Shown: positions 25,241 to 37,986 of the stretch, one piece after another
Numbering within the stretch: position 1 is the stretch's first letter
How the letters are laid out: every line of letters starts with the position of its first letter
Assembly: GCF_964213995.1 (NCBI RefSeq)
Contig: NC_135818.1
Location: 80,290,001-80,354,000 of the forward strand
From: Mustelus asterias
Taxonomy: Eukaryota
Direction: 5' to 3'
Length of the DNA: 64,000 bases
Made by a program: the position numbers and the translations under genes
Notes under the pieces: generated by a model
Database searches by the model: none
Seen by the model: the letters and a program-made list of their open reading frames with translations, nothing else
What the model was told of the DNA's origin: nothing

Positions 25241-25609
25241 AGAGATGAACTAGTTGAGATGGTATAGTCACAGTAGATTGACATCCTGTCCACATTTCTT
25301 CAGTGGTGATCCTAGCTGGTTCAAACGCATTAACATCTTCCAAGCACATAGATCATCATTCTTGCAGTAGCAATTTGTAGAAAGTATGGCTAAGTATGCA
25401 TTAAAGATAGATGTAGCTAATACTGCAATTTGTATCCATTTCGAGTAGAGGCAGGAAACAAAACACCAATGGTGAAAAGGAAACTAAAAATAAATTGAGT
25501 ATTTAGTACAGTAAGAAAATGGTAATGGAGTAAATAATGGGACATAAAATGGATATGTCTCAAGGACTTGATTGTTTCTATCCCAGGGCTTTGAAAAGTG
25601 AGGAAATTG

Positions 25610-26385
25610 ATTTGAATTATCACCACATGCATTGGGATACAGTGAAAAGCATGGTTTCTTGCGCACTACACAGACAAAACATACTATTCATAGATTATAT
25701 TGGGGAGAAGGAAAGGAGGGGATGCAGAATATATTGTTGTAGTTACTGATAGGGTGAAGAGAAAGATCAGCTGAATATATGGTAGGTCAAAAGTCTGATG
25801 GAAGCAGGGTGTGTGGGGTCCTTGATTATGCTGGCTGCTTTTCCGAGGCAGCGGGAAGTGTAGACAGAGTCAATGGATGGGAGGCTGATTTGCATGATGT
25901 ACTGGACTAGGATCACAACCCTTTGTAGTTTCTTGCGGTCTTGGTCAGAGCAGGAGCCATACCAAGCTGTGATACATCCGGAAGGGATGCTTTCTATGGT
26001 GCATCTGTAAAAAATTGGAGAGAGTTGTAGCGGATATGCTAAGTTTCCTCCTGAGAAAGTTGGTGGGTTTTCTTAACTATAGCGTCGGCATTGGAGAGAC
26101 CAGGACAGATTGTTGGTGATCTGAACAGGTAGAAACTCAAAGCTTTCGGCCATTTCCACTTCATCACCGTTGATGTAGACAGTGGCTCCACTACACTTCC
26201 TGAAGTCGATGACCAGCTTCTTCGTTTTATTGACATTGAGGGAGAGATTATTGTCATCGCACCATTTCACCAGAGTCTCTGTCTCTTTCCTGTACTCTCT
26301 GTCTTGTCATTATTTGAGATCTGACCCACTACGGTGGTGTGATCAGCAAACTTGAAAATGGAGTTGGAGCAGAATTTGGCCACAG
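25610..26385 (-). mobile_element. Rex1/Babar-like LINE fragment
   Basis: KWCDDNNLSLNVNKTKKLVIDFRK; KFADHTTVVG-like RT motif. Confidence 0.8.
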
Positions 26386-27019
26386 ATTGTAAAAGCATTA
26401 GTCTTTAAAAGATCTTTGGATTCTGTAATTGTGCTATTAGATCAAGAGGTGAGACAGGTAACTACAACCGTCATTGTAACTTCTGAAGGAGAAAACCAAT
26501 AATACAGGACACAATCTTGAAATTAGAGACAGATCTTTGAGGACCAAAGACAGGCAGCACTTTCTCACATAAAGGATAATTTGGAAAACTCTCTCTTCAA
26601 AGGGCTGTGGATACAACTGGGAGTTTTCAAGACTGAAACAGACAGAATTTTGTCAAGTAAGGATAACGCAGGATGTAGATCAAAGGCAGAGTTCAGGTAG
26701 AGAGCAGCCATGATCTAACTGAATGCCAGAGCAGACCTGAGAGATTGAGTGGTCTACTCCTGTTCCTTATATTCTTCTGCGATGTTTGCATTATTTGCTG
26801 AAAAGCTGGCATGGGTGTGACATTCTCTAAAACTGTTACATTGATGAGGGAGAAACCAGAGTACCAGGTGCAGGTTGATAACACACACTAATTTTGGAAA
26901 CATTAATAAAAAAAGCTTGAATAAACTGTAGCTTTTACTTAAAGATGTCTAGCAACATGAGATGGTCACTGGCAAAATAAGCCAAAATTCTAAGGGCTTT
27001 TGGCTATGTCTGAAAGTTT

Positions 27020-27300
27020 ATTTATTATTTATTTATCTGTCTGTCACAAGTAAGGCTTACATTAACACTGCAATGAAGTTACTGTGAAATTCCCCTAGTC
27101 GCCACATTCCAGTGCCTGCTCGGGTCAATGCACCTAACCAGCACGCATGTCTTTCAGAATGTGGGAGGAAACCGGAGCACCCGGAGAAACCCACGCAGAC
27201 ACAGGGAGAATGCACAAACTCCACACAGACAGTGACCCAAGCCGGCAATTGAACCCAGGTCCCTGGTGCTGTAAGGCAGCAGTGTTAACCACTGTGTCGC
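27020..27300 (-). mobile_element. SINE with an HE1-type head and an alternative tail (CACAGTAACTTCATTGCAGTGTTAATGTAAGCC..)
   Basis: Same structure at 31500-31768 (-), 50007-50266 (+) and 61127-61430 (+); tail alone at 41432-41490 and 45960-46085. Confidence 0.8.
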
Positions 27301-27412
27301 CCCTAGAAAGTACCATTATTGAAGTTTGAGATGGAAAAGGAAAAGCCAGCAGGAAAATAACCAAAAGGATAGGTACAACCATCCATCCTTGTTTTATTTC
27401 TGTTACAACAAA

Positions 27413-27917
27413 GAACAAAGAAAATTACAACACAGGAACAGGCCCTTCGGCTCTCCAAGTCTGCACCGACCATGCTGCCCGACTTAACTAAAACCCCCTA
27501 CCCTTCCGGGGACCATATCTCTCTATTCCCATCCTATTCATGTACTTGTCAAGACGCCCCTTAAAAGTCACTATCGTATCTGCTTCCACTACCTTCCCCG
27601 GCAACGAGTTCCAGGCACCCACGACTCTAAGTAAAAAAAAACTTGCCTCGTACATCTCCTTTAAACCTACGTTAAACCTATGCCCCCTAGTAATTGACTC
27701 TTCCACTCTGGGAAAAAGCTTCTGACTATCCACTCTGTCCATGCTTCTCATAATCTTGTCGACTTCCATCAGGTCTCCCCTCGACCTCCGTCGCTCCAGT
27801 GAGAACAAACCAAGTTTCTCCAACCTCTCCTCATTGCTAATGCCCTCCACACCAGGCAACATCCTGGTAAATCTTTTCTGTACCCTCTCCAAAGCCTCCA
27901 CATCCTTCTGGTAGCAA
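27413..27917 (-). mobile_element. CR1 LINE 3' fragment
   Basis: YQKDVEALERVQKRFTRMLPG..GLFSLERRR. Confidence 0.9.
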
Positions 27918-28789
27918 TGGGGAAAAAGATTCAGGGTGAGACCCAATGTGCATGACACTTCCTTTAATTTTACCAGACAACAGATAATAATATGCGAATT
28001 TTGTACATGTTAATCTCATTGCAAGTGCAATTATCTGTCATTGTTTATTTGAAACAAGTTTAGAATCATTGAATCAAATGAAAGCGGGGAACAGTGGGTC
28101 CATCACACCGACGCCAGCTGTGTGAAAGCTATCAATTGCGTCTCAATCCCTTGCTTATTTGTTTTTTGATAAAATGTCATTTCATTTTTGATCTCCAATG
28201 TGTGGACTTTTTTGGTTTGGGTGATGGTTACCATGGCAGCAACTATGTGATAACACCATAGACATTGGGCACCTCATCATAATTGGTTAAAGGACAAACC
28301 ATAAAGGTCTGACCAGCAAAACATCTGCATAAGTGCAAACAGTATGTTCGTAGAAAGTGTATGCAAAGTTCCAAAGGAATTAGAGTACAAAATTATAAAA
28401 CTTATAATCAAAAACCTGACAATCAAAATAAGAAATCACAGTGAACCCTCCCATCTCCAGTTCACTGAGATTAATAATCTTTCACAGTCCCTTTAAGTGT
28501 TGAGGTTTGTCCTGTAACAAAATAAATAAAAGTGACTCCAAGTATGAGCTTTTCCGCCACACTCCTCCCAGCGCTCCTCTCTTCCTCAACCCGGGGCTGA
28601 GCCAGGCAAAGACGAGGCTTTGTTGGGCCTACTGGCCATCTCCAACAGAGCATTGCCGGAGCCCCGGGAAGGTCCCAGAGACACGGATCCGTCTGCAATC
28701 CCCTCCTGGTAGCGACAAGAGACTCTTACCGCGGGACCCGGCACTGAAGTGGCGGGGGAATAATGAGGGGAATTAAAAAACACACCAAC

Positions 28790-28803
28790 CTCGTCAGCGC
28801 CAT
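28790..28803 (-). CDS. SNW1: SNW1 (SKIP/Prp45) coding exon 1
   Basis: ATGGCGCTGACGAG|gttggt gives MALT(S), the N-terminus of vertebrate SNW1 (MALTSFLPAP); lies in the CpG island; phase fits exon 2. Confidence 0.9.
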
Positions 28804-28838
28804 TTTCTCCAGAAAGTTGCTACCGCCACAGCGATCCT

Positions 28839-29113
28839 ACGCCTGACATCATTCCGCAACGTCCCTTTGATGCCTTTGCGCCTGACGTCATTCCGCAGCG
28901 GCACGTTTGAAGCCTTTGCGCCTGACGTCACTACACGCAGTACCCAACCGTCCTCTTTCATGTCGATGCGTTTGACGCCATTACGCAACGCGCAGCGGTC
29001 CCCTTTGATGCCTTTGCGCCTGACGTCATTACGCAAGGCGCAGCGGTCCCATTTGATGCCTTTGCGCCTGACGTCATTACGCAACGCGCAGCGGTCCCCT
29101 TTGATACCTTTGC
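28839..29113. repeat. Promoter minisatellite, about six 39-50 bp units each centred on a CRE or CRE-like octamer
   Basis: TGACGTCA at 28883, 28923, 29021, 29069; variants TGACATCA 28844 and TGACGCCA 28973; TTACGCAA directly after the octamer at 28981, 29029, 29077. Confidence 0.9.
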
Positions 29114-29399
29114 GTCCGAGCCCCCCCCCCCCTTCGTCGCTCAATGGTGTCAACCGCAAACCCTGCAGGAGCGCCGATCACGTTTTTTTTAATTAACTCC
29201 TTTCTCTATGAAACCTAATCGTTAGAATCTGCCGTTGTGAGTGATGTCCATCCAGCTGAGTGAACTGGGTGCGAGCGCGGTGCAGGAACAGGGCCTTTGT
29301 GAAGAGCTGTAGTTTTTCTCTCCGCCGGCCGCCATTGACAGACAGGGGAAGGGCGGCCGGAGGTGACTACAACTCCCAGCGGCCTCCGCGCGATTGGAA

Positions 29400-29455
29400 T
29401 CTACCATCATCGCCGCGGGACAGGGGTGCAGGGACTGGAGTGTCAGAGGGCGGAG
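29400..29455 (+). other. Putative non-coding first exon of a divergent + strand gene (5' end uncertain)
   Basis: Donors GAG|GTGAGT (intron from 29456) and TCG|GTAAGT (intron from 29476) at the island edge, downstream of the ZNF143-type and CCAAT motifs; no ATG in the segment. Confidence 0.5.
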
Positions 29456-30499
29456 GTGAGTGTTGAGTTTGGTCGGTAAGTGCAGCAGGCAGGAGAGGTA
29501 GTGTTCCTGCGGTTGTCAGCAAGGCTAGAGGGAAAGTAATCACATTGGTAGCTTCTGAACATGGTACTGACTATATGTACCTGTTTTATTAAATACTCTT
29601 GTCAGCGAATGGTATGGAAACAGAATGATGAGTTTCAGTTGTATGAATGAGTGAAAGGTCATGTTTGAACTATGAAGACAGGGCACTTCAGAGAGGCTGG
29701 GAAAGGATCATTCAATATTAAACCATGTGGCTAACAAGGCTTAACTAATAAGATCATATCCAGGATAAAAATAAATTACTGCAGATGCTGGAATCTGAAA
29801 CAGGAAATTAATCAAAGGTCTGACAGCATCTGTGGAGAGAGAGCAGAGCTGAGATCAAAGGCTTGGAAATGAGTTGCACAACATGTGTCAAAGAGGGTTG
29901 GGTTCATTCCAATTTGTATGACTCAGGGTACCGTGCTGGTTGTACGGATGTCCAGTTCCTACTGCAAAAGTTGTACAACATCTGCTTATTCCTTGACTGT
30001 ATGATCACTATTGCCGCATCATCTCTGTTCCCATGGGTTAAACATTCCTTGGGCCCTGAAAACCTGGTGCTCAACTGAAAGAAAGACTTGCATTTATCAT
30101 CGTGGCTTTCATAATCTCACGGCGTCCCAAACTGCTGTACAGCTGATACATTCATTTTGAAGTTGTTTTTTAATTCTTTGGCTGGGATGTGGGTGCCAGC
30201 ATTTGTCGCCCATCCCTAGTTGCCCTTGGACTGAGTGACTTGCTCGCCCATTACAGAGTTAGGAGTCAATCATATTGTTGCGGGTCTGGAGTTACATGTA
30301 GGCCAGACCAGATAAGGACAGCAGATTTCCTTCACATGAAGAGATTAGTGAACGATGGGATTTTGCAAAATTGATGATGGTTTTATGATGACCATTATTG
30401 AAGCTAGCTTTCAATTCCAGATTTATTAATTGAATTAATGGCACCAGCTGCGTGTGTGGGGTGGGTGGGGGTGTGGGGACTGTGGATTTGAATCTATGA

Positions 30500-30621
30500 G
30501 TGGGATTTTCTGACCGCGCTCACCCAAGACCAAAAGATTCCACCCGAGGGCAGCAAACCTTTGCATGATTCTGTCCCGCCTGCTACGCTCCTGTGGCAGG
30601 TGGGACGGGAAAATCCCGCCC
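30500..30621. mobile_element. Short MITE-like element
   Basis: Terminal inverted repeats GTGGGATTTTC / GAAAATCCCGC; a smaller relative at about 54041-54085. Confidence 0.55.
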
Positions 30622-31499
30622 ATTTCTCCAGGCCTTTGTCCTGGGCCTCTGGATTACTAGGCCAGTGACCCAATCAGCATCTCCCCAGTAGTTTGCTGTT
30701 TACTGTTTTCAAGTTTACTGTGGTAATGTGGAAAATACAGCAGCTAATTTGTGCATAGAAACTTCTCCACTGAGATAATAATTTAGCGATGTTGGTTGAT
30801 GTAAATCTGGGCTGCGTCAGTTGAAACTTTGCTGCAGTCTGGGCAATATCTGATAACCCAACCCATGTCCCCTGTCAATCTATCATTATTTTGTCCAGGT
30901 TCTTGCATTTCCTGTTGGGACCAGCTTTTATAACAAGCTTCTCAGGAGAGATCTTACTAAAAGTCTTCTGAAATCCATACGGACGACTATTTTCCTTGAA
31001 CTGTCCTATCAGTCAAGTCTTAACAAAACCTCGAGCAAATCTGTCAGCACACCACAGAGCCTTAAACCTAAAGTGTATTTAATTAGATCATGCCTGAACT
31101 TTTACATTACTCCTCTTTCTCACCTTAACTCTATATTCCTTGATTCTTAGTGCCCAACAATCGATCAGCCTCAGTCTTGCATATACTCAACGATGGAACA
31201 TTCTAGAGTAGAGAATTCCAAAGATTCAGAAACCTTTGAGTGGAAAAATTTCTCCTCATCACAGTCCCAAAAGGCCACTCCATTATCCTGAGACTATAAC
31301 CCCTAATTCTAGACTCTGTAGCATGGGGGAGACACAGGGTGCAATTTTCCCAGCCATGTTGGGGCTGGTTCCCATGCATGTAGGGTGGTCAGATTCTGGA
31401 AATTGATGTTAAGTGAGGACCTAGATGCCATCCGCCCTTTTCTGACTTTCTTTGGTTTGTTCTCAGTCCATCAAAGATTAAAGGTTATTTATCAGTGCC

Positions 31500-31768
31500 A
31501 CAAGTAGGCTTACATTAACACTGCAATGAAGTTACTGTGAAAATCCCCGAGTTGCGTGTTTGGGTACACTGAGGGAGAATTTAGCATGGCCACTGCACCT
31601 AACCAGCACGTCTTTTGGACTGTGGGGGGGAAACCGGAGCACCTGCAGGGAACCCATGCAGACACGGGGAGAATGTGCAGACTCCATACAGACAGTGACC
31701 CAAGCTGGGAATCAAACCTGGGTCTCTTGCGCTGTGAGGCAGCAGTGCTAACCACTGTGCCACCATGC
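31500..31768 (-). mobile_element. HE1-head SINE with the alternative tail
   Basis: Same structure as 27020-27300. Confidence 0.82.
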
Positions 31769-32579
31769 CAATCGCCAGGGATCCCCCTTTGCTCTGGTGG
31801 GGAACCAATTGAATCAACTAACAAGGCAAATTAAAGCCTTTTTACCAATGAGTTTATTCTTTCCCAACAATGCTTAGCTTCCACGCTGTGCCTGCTCCTT
31901 GCCAGGGTCACTATGGCGACTGCACAACACAAAGAACTTCTTCAGTGAAACTGACAAACTCTGACTGCTTTGATTGGTTACATTGGAGAGTTTTAGTCGT
32001 GGTCAAGGTGAGAGACTGCTGTTCAAATCACTCCTTCTCTCAGAAACTGCTTTCACTGCTTGAAGGGAAATTGCCAACTTCTGGGAAGACAGTTCACCAG
32101 TCTAGTATTACTTTCAGTTGCACTTCCCCTGCTGCCAGCTTTCAGCCCTCCATGGGAGCAGCTTATGCAACTCCACCTTCCACCTCTGCTGAGGGTCCAG
32201 AGCAGAGGCCACACCACCACCAACTGTTCCAGCAGGAGAAACACCAAGACTGGGTGTCTTCTGCTGAGCTGCATGCCACTCCACTGGATACTGGGAATGG
32301 ATACCGAGATCCAGCCGGCAGGAGGCAAAGCCCTCAACACAGGGTGAACGAGCAGAGAATTGACTCTCCCAACATAGATTCATAATGTCTTTTAGGAGAG
32401 GAAATCTGCCATCCTTACCTGGTCTGGCCTACGTGTAACTCCAGAGCCATAGCAATGTGGTTGATGCTCAACTGCCCTCTGAAATGGCCCAGCAAGCCAT
32501 TCAGTTCACGGGTGACTAGGGATAGGCAATAAATGCTGACCCAGCCAGTGATGTCCATGTCCCATGAATTAATTAAAAA

Positions 32580-32840
32580 AATCCCTACAGTGTAGAAGGA
32601 GGCCATTCGGCCCACTGAGCCTGCACCGACAGCAATCCCATCCAGGCCCCGTAACCCACGCATTTACCCTGCTAATCCCCCTGAAACTAAAGGACAATTT
32701 AGCACGACCAATCCGCATATCTTTGGACTGTGGGAGGAAACCGGAGCACCCGGAGGAAACCCACGCAGACACGGGGAGAATGTACAAACTCCACACAGAC
32801 AGTGACCTGAGGCCAGAATTGAACCCGGGTACCTGATGCT
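32580..32840 (-). mobile_element. HE1-type SINE (5' truncated)
   Basis: Body and tail match the other copies. Confidence 0.85.
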
Positions 32841-33624
32841 GTTGTCTTGAGAAGGAGTGCCAGTTCTCACCACAGTGCCCCCTCTCCATTGTCCAGGGAG
32901 TCCAGATCCCCCCCCCCCCCCCCCCCCCCCACACACACGCACACACACACTATTCAGTGTGGATGAGCTCTTGAACATTGAGTGGATGTTGGGTGAGAAC
33001 AGGATTAAACATGTGCTTTTGTTATCCTCCATTCGCCACTAGTTTGGTTGCGCTCACCCTCTCGCTTCTCTCATGTAGAGTGCCCACTTGAGCACAACAC
33101 TCGAGAGAGCCCCTGGCCCCTATTTGCACAAACTGGATGCCACCTTCATGTCTAAAACGACACTTCAGGAGAATGAATGAATGATAGGAAAACATGAGAG
33201 ACTCTGAGTACATTCTGTATAAACACACGCCAGTTTTGAGTCCAAGCTTTCAGGAGAAGGAGTGGGTGAAAATTGGCAAGAAGTGAACCTTGATTCAATA
33301 TTTCAACAGGTGGCTTCACTGATATTCATAAATTTCCAAAGCTGCCTTTTATCTCCCAAGGAAAAGCAAGTTTCCGAGTGAAAGCTCCCTTTGTGCCAGC
33401 TTGGCTCAGTAATGCCCTTTTCCTCTAGCTGTTGGTTCCATTCCTACGTCAGTCTCTCTTCATGCTTTGTGGCAGCACTACTGAGTGCAGAGGGAGCAGC
33501 ATATTGCTGGGTGTGTCAGCCTTCAGATAAGGTATTTAAACTGAGGTCCCCTCTCCCCTCCATATCACCGCCTCCCCCCTCCCCCTCCCCATCTGCTCAG
33601 TTGTTCAAGTTAAGATTCCTATGA

Positions 33625-35425
33625 CAATCCAAAGAGCTTCTACAAATACATAAAGGGCAAAAGAGTAACAAGGGAGAGAGTAGGACCACTTAAGGATCAA
33701 CAAGGTCATCTATGTGCAGATCCACAAGAGGTGGGTGAGATCCTAAATGAATATTTCTCAGCAGTGTTTACTGTTGAGAAAAGCATGGATGTTAGGGAAC
33801 TTGGGGAAATAAATAGTGATGTCTTGAGGAGTGTACATATTACAGAGAAGGAGCTGCTGGAAGTCTTAAAGCGCATCAAGGTAGATAAATCCCCAGGACC
33901 TGATAAAGTGTATCCCAGGACATTGTGGGAGGCTAGGGAGGAAATTGCGGGTCCCTTAGCCGAGATATTTGAATCATCGATAGTCACAGGTGAGGTGCCT
34001 GAAGATGGAAGAATGGCAAATGTGCCATTGTTTAAAAAGGGCTGCAGTGAAAAGCCTGGGAACTACAGGCCGGTGAGCCTTACATCTGTGGTGCGTAAGT
34101 TGTTGAAAGATATTTTGAGAGACAGGATCTACAGGCATTTAGAGATGCAAGGACTGATTAGGGACTGTCAGCATGGCTTTGTGAGTGGAAAATCATGTCT
34201 CACAAATTTAATTGAGTTTTTTGAAGGGGTAACCAAGAAGGTAGATGAGGGCAGTGCAGTTGATGTTGTTTACATGGACTTTAGCAAGGCTTTTGACAAG
34301 GTGCCGCATGGTAGGTTGTTGCATAATGTTAAATCTCACGGGATCCAGGGTGAGGTAGCTAAATGGATACAAAATTGGTTTCTTGACAGAAGGCTGGAGA
34401 GGGCTGTTTTTCAAACTGGAGACATGTGACCAGCGGTGTGCCTCAGGGATCAGTGCTGGGACCACTGTTATTTGTCATTTATATTAATGATTTGGATGAG
34501 AATATAGGAGGCATGGTCAGTTGGTTTGCAGATGACACCAAGATTGATGGCATAGTGGACAGTGAAGAAAGTTATCTCCGATTGCTACGGGATCTTGATC
34601 AATTGGACCAGTGGGCTGACAAATGGCAGATGGAGTTTAATTTAAATAAATGCGAGGTGATGCATTTTGGTCGATTGAACCAAGGCAGGACTTACTCAGT
34701 TAATGGTAGGGCATTGGGGAGAGTTCCAGAACAAAAGGATCTCGGGGTACGTGTTCATAGCTCCTTGAAAGTGGAGTCACAGGTGGACAGGGTGGTGAAG
34801 AAGGCATTCAGCATGCTTGGTTTCATTGGTCAGAACATTGAATCCAGGAGTTGGGACGTCTTGTTGAAGTTGTACAAAACATTGGTAAGGCCACACTTGG
34901 AATACTGTGTACAGTTCTGGTCACCCTATTAAACTAGAAAGAGTGCAGAAAGGATTTATTAGGATGCTACCGGCACTTGATAGTTTGAGTTATAAGGAGA
35001 GGCTGGATAGACTGGGATTTTTTCTCTGGAGCGTAGAAGGCTGAGGGGTGATCTATAAAAGGTGTATAAAATAATGAGGGGTGTGGATCAGCTAGATAGT
35101 CAATATCTTTTCCCAAAGGTAGGGGGATCTAAAACTAGAGGACATAGCTTTAAGGTGAGAGGGGAGAGATCCAAAAGTGTCCAGAGGGGCAATTTTTTCA
35201 CACAGAGGTGAGTGTCTGGAACAAGCTGCCAGATGTAGTAGTAGAGGTGGGTACAATTTTGTCTTTTAAAAAACATTTAGACAGTTACATGGGTAAGATG
35301 GATTTAGAGGGATGTGGGCCAAATGCGGGCAATTGGGATTAGCTTAGGGATTTAAAAAAAAGGGCAGCATGGACGAATTGGGCCGAAGGGCCTGTTTCCA
35401 TGATGTAAACCTCTATTACTTTATG
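33625..35425 (+). mobile_element. CR1 LINE, 5'-truncated ORF2 with a frameshifted RT domain
   Basis: ORFs 33731..34429 (KSPGPD, PGNYRPVSLTS, QHGF, DFSKAFDKVPH) and 34426..34932 (GVPQGSVLGPLLF, FADDTK). Confidence 0.95.
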
Positions 35426-35521
35426 ACATGATTGAGAGAAGAGTTGGAGAGGGCGGGGGGTGGGGGGAGGGGGGGTGGTTAGTTTCTCCTGATCCCTTGG
35501 CCAATCTTCTCGCTCAGCCAA

Positions 35522-36045
35522 GATTTGATTTGATTTGATTTGATTTATTATTGTCACATGTATTAGTATACAGTGAAAAGTTTTGTTTCTTGCGCGCTAT
35601 ACAAACCATACCGTTCGTAGTGTACATAGGGGAGAAGGAAAGGAGAGGGTGCAGAATGTAGTGTTACAGTCATAGCTAGGGTGTAGAGAGAGGTCAGTTT
35701 AATATAAGGTAGGTCCATTCAAAAGTCTGATGGCAGCAGGGAAAAAGCTGTTTTTTGAGTCTGTTGGTACGTAATCTCAGACTTTTGTATCTTTTTCCCA
35801 ATGGAAGAAGGTGGAAAAGAGAATGTCCGGGGTGCGTGGGGTCCTTGATTATGGTGGCTGTTTTTCCGATGGAGCAGGAAGTGTAGACAGAGTCAATGGA
35901 TGGGAGGCTGGTTTGCGTGATGGACTGGGCTTCATTCACAACACTTTGCAGTTTCTTACGGTCTTGATCAGAGCAGGAGTCATACCAAGCTGTGAGACAT
36001 CCGGAAAGGATGCTTTCTTTGGTGCATCTGTAAAACATTGGTGAA
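35522..36045 (-). mobile_element. Rex1/Babar-like LINE 3' fragment with an (ATTTG)n tail
   Basis: FYRCTKESILSGCLTAWYDSCSDQDRKKLQSVV. Confidence 0.8.
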
Positions 36046-36277
36046 AGTTGTTGCAGTTGGTGGGATCTTGCTCTGCATGATGCACCCTTTATTTCCTGTG
36101 AACTGCTTTGAGGTGTTTCTGAGAGACAGGATAAATCCAATTTTTTTAGTTTTTACCAATAATGTTGTCAGATGATTTACAGTTGGGGAAATCCATAATT
36201 AACAAAGTGAGGGAACCTTTATTTTTCTGTTGATATTTCACAAAATCCACAATGTTTTTTGGCATTTGATATATAAA

Positions 36278-36577
36278 GGGTGGCACAGTGGTTAGCACTG
36301 CTGCCTCACAGTGCCAGGGACCCGGGTTCAATTCCCGGCTCGGGTCACCATCTGTGCAGAGTCTGCATGTTCTCCCCGTGTCTGCGTGGGTTTCCTCCCA
36401 CAGTCCAAAGATGTGCAGGTTAGCTTGATTGGCCGTGATAAATTGCCCCTTAGTGTCAGGGGGATTTGGAGAGTGAATACGTGGGGTTACAGGGATAGGG
36501 CCTGGAAGGGATTGTTGTCGGTGAAGGCTTGATGGGCTGAATGGCCTCCTTCTGCACTGTCGGGATTCTATGATTCT
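36278..36577 (+). mobile_element. HE1-type SINE
   Basis: Matches the other copies. Confidence 0.88.
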
Positions 36578-37427
36578 AATTGCACCAAACATTCTGTGCG
36601 GGAATCAGCTGAATGCAATAATTCTCTCCATCACAGAGCTTGATGCATGAGAGGTTAGCAGCAGCACTGTCCGAGATGAGCTGAAGCTCACAAAAGCTGG
36701 TGGTGGGAAAGAGTCGAGTCTTCAGGTGACAAGGGCACGGAGAGATTCAGCGGCGGATGGGCAGAAGTGAAAGACAAGGAGGTGAAAGCCGCCTTTATAA
36801 AGGGTAGCACTGGTGAGATAATTAGCTTCGGGTTGACTAGGATGTTGAGTTTATGAGCAGTCTGGTTAAACCGAAGACCATGGCTGGGGATAGCAGGCTG
36901 AGGCATGACAGGACCTAACTGGAGGGAATTGTGGCTCATCCCAGATTTGACTGCAAACGACCTGGGGCCAAGATAGCAGCAGAGTGGTGAGAGATGGTGG
37001 AGAGACACCAGTCGTGTGGCTTTGGTTACTCATGAAAGCTAACCCTGTGGCTGTGGATGGTTTTGTCAAGAGGACACCTGAGCACGAGGAAGGGATTTCC
37101 CAAGAACAGATTTGTGGGGGACTCTAGAGGTAATAATGCAGAGATAGGAAGGGATTGAAGTGATTCATGGAGCTCTTGGCTAGGATTTGTTAGATGATAT
37201 ATGTTGTTTTCTTTTAGTTCCCAGATATTGTTAATAGTCACACTTTAGGCCTTGGGATATCGGAACCCTTTTCGTTTAATATTGTCATGCTGTCTCGAAA
37301 AATAGAAGGTCCCAGATTAAATTGCATCTGGTATACATCACATGACTCTCTAGTGTAGTGTACGGCCCCTTGGAACACTACACATTACACATTAGTTTCT
37401 AACTGTGGAAAGTAGATGTGGGGGGTT

Positions 37428-37830
37428 CATAGAATCATAGAGCACAGAAGAGGCCCTTCGTCCCATTGAGTCTGCACCAACACATTAGAAATACTTTAAC
37501 TCCCACCTAATCCCATCTGCCATCACTTGGCCTATAGTCCTGAATGTTATGATGTGCCAAGTGCTCATCCAGGTACTTTTTAAAGGAAGTGAGGCAATCC
37601 GCTTGTACCACCCTCCGAGACAGTGCATTCCAGACCATCACCACCCTCTGGGTAAAAAATATTTTCCTCACATCCCCCCTAAACCTCCTACCCCTCTTCT
37701 TGAACCTATGTCCCCTTGTGACTGATCCTTCAACTAAGGGGAACAGCTTCTCCCTATCCACCCTGTCCACGCCACTCATAATCTTGCACACTTCGTTCAG
37801 ATTGCCCCTCAGTCTTCTCTGCTCCAATGA
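37428..37830 (-). mobile_element. CR1 LINE 3' fragment
   Basis: SLEQRRLRGNLNEVCKIM..TRGHRFK..FFTQRVVMVWNAL. Confidence 0.88.
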
Positions 37831-37986
37831 AAGCTGGGTGATGGGGATGATATGTTTGAGATTGTCAGAGATTGGGGAGGATAAAAACGATAAGACATCG
37901 CAAGTCACTGACGGTCTAATTTCATTAGGGTCCTTCCCTGTGCTTTTGAAACCTGATTGGAGAGAATTAAACACAGACGTTTACAC

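Larger units (their letters stand above)
28500..29500. promoter_or_regulatory. CpG island / probable bidirectional promoter of SNW1
   Basis: High CpG density in a CpG-poor window; YY1-like CGCCATTTT over the SNW1 ATG; CRE array; GACTACAACTCCCAGCGGCC (ZNF143/THAP11-type) at 29365-29384; reverse CCAAT at 29393-29397. Confidence 0.85.

Noticed and set aside
28839-29113. CRISPR-like repeat-spacer appearance
   Set aside because: Vertebrate context, no cas genes, and the intervening parts are repeated rather than unique spacers
28794-29196. Repetitive ORFs (ALRNDVRRKGIKGDRC / MPLRLTSLR)
   Set aside because: By-products of the 48-bp promoter repeat (a multiple of 3); no coding evidence
31870-32385. 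171-aa ORF
   Set aside because: Overlaps degenerate LINE sequence (..SCMPLHW.. in another frame resembles the YSPLAW family); not host coding
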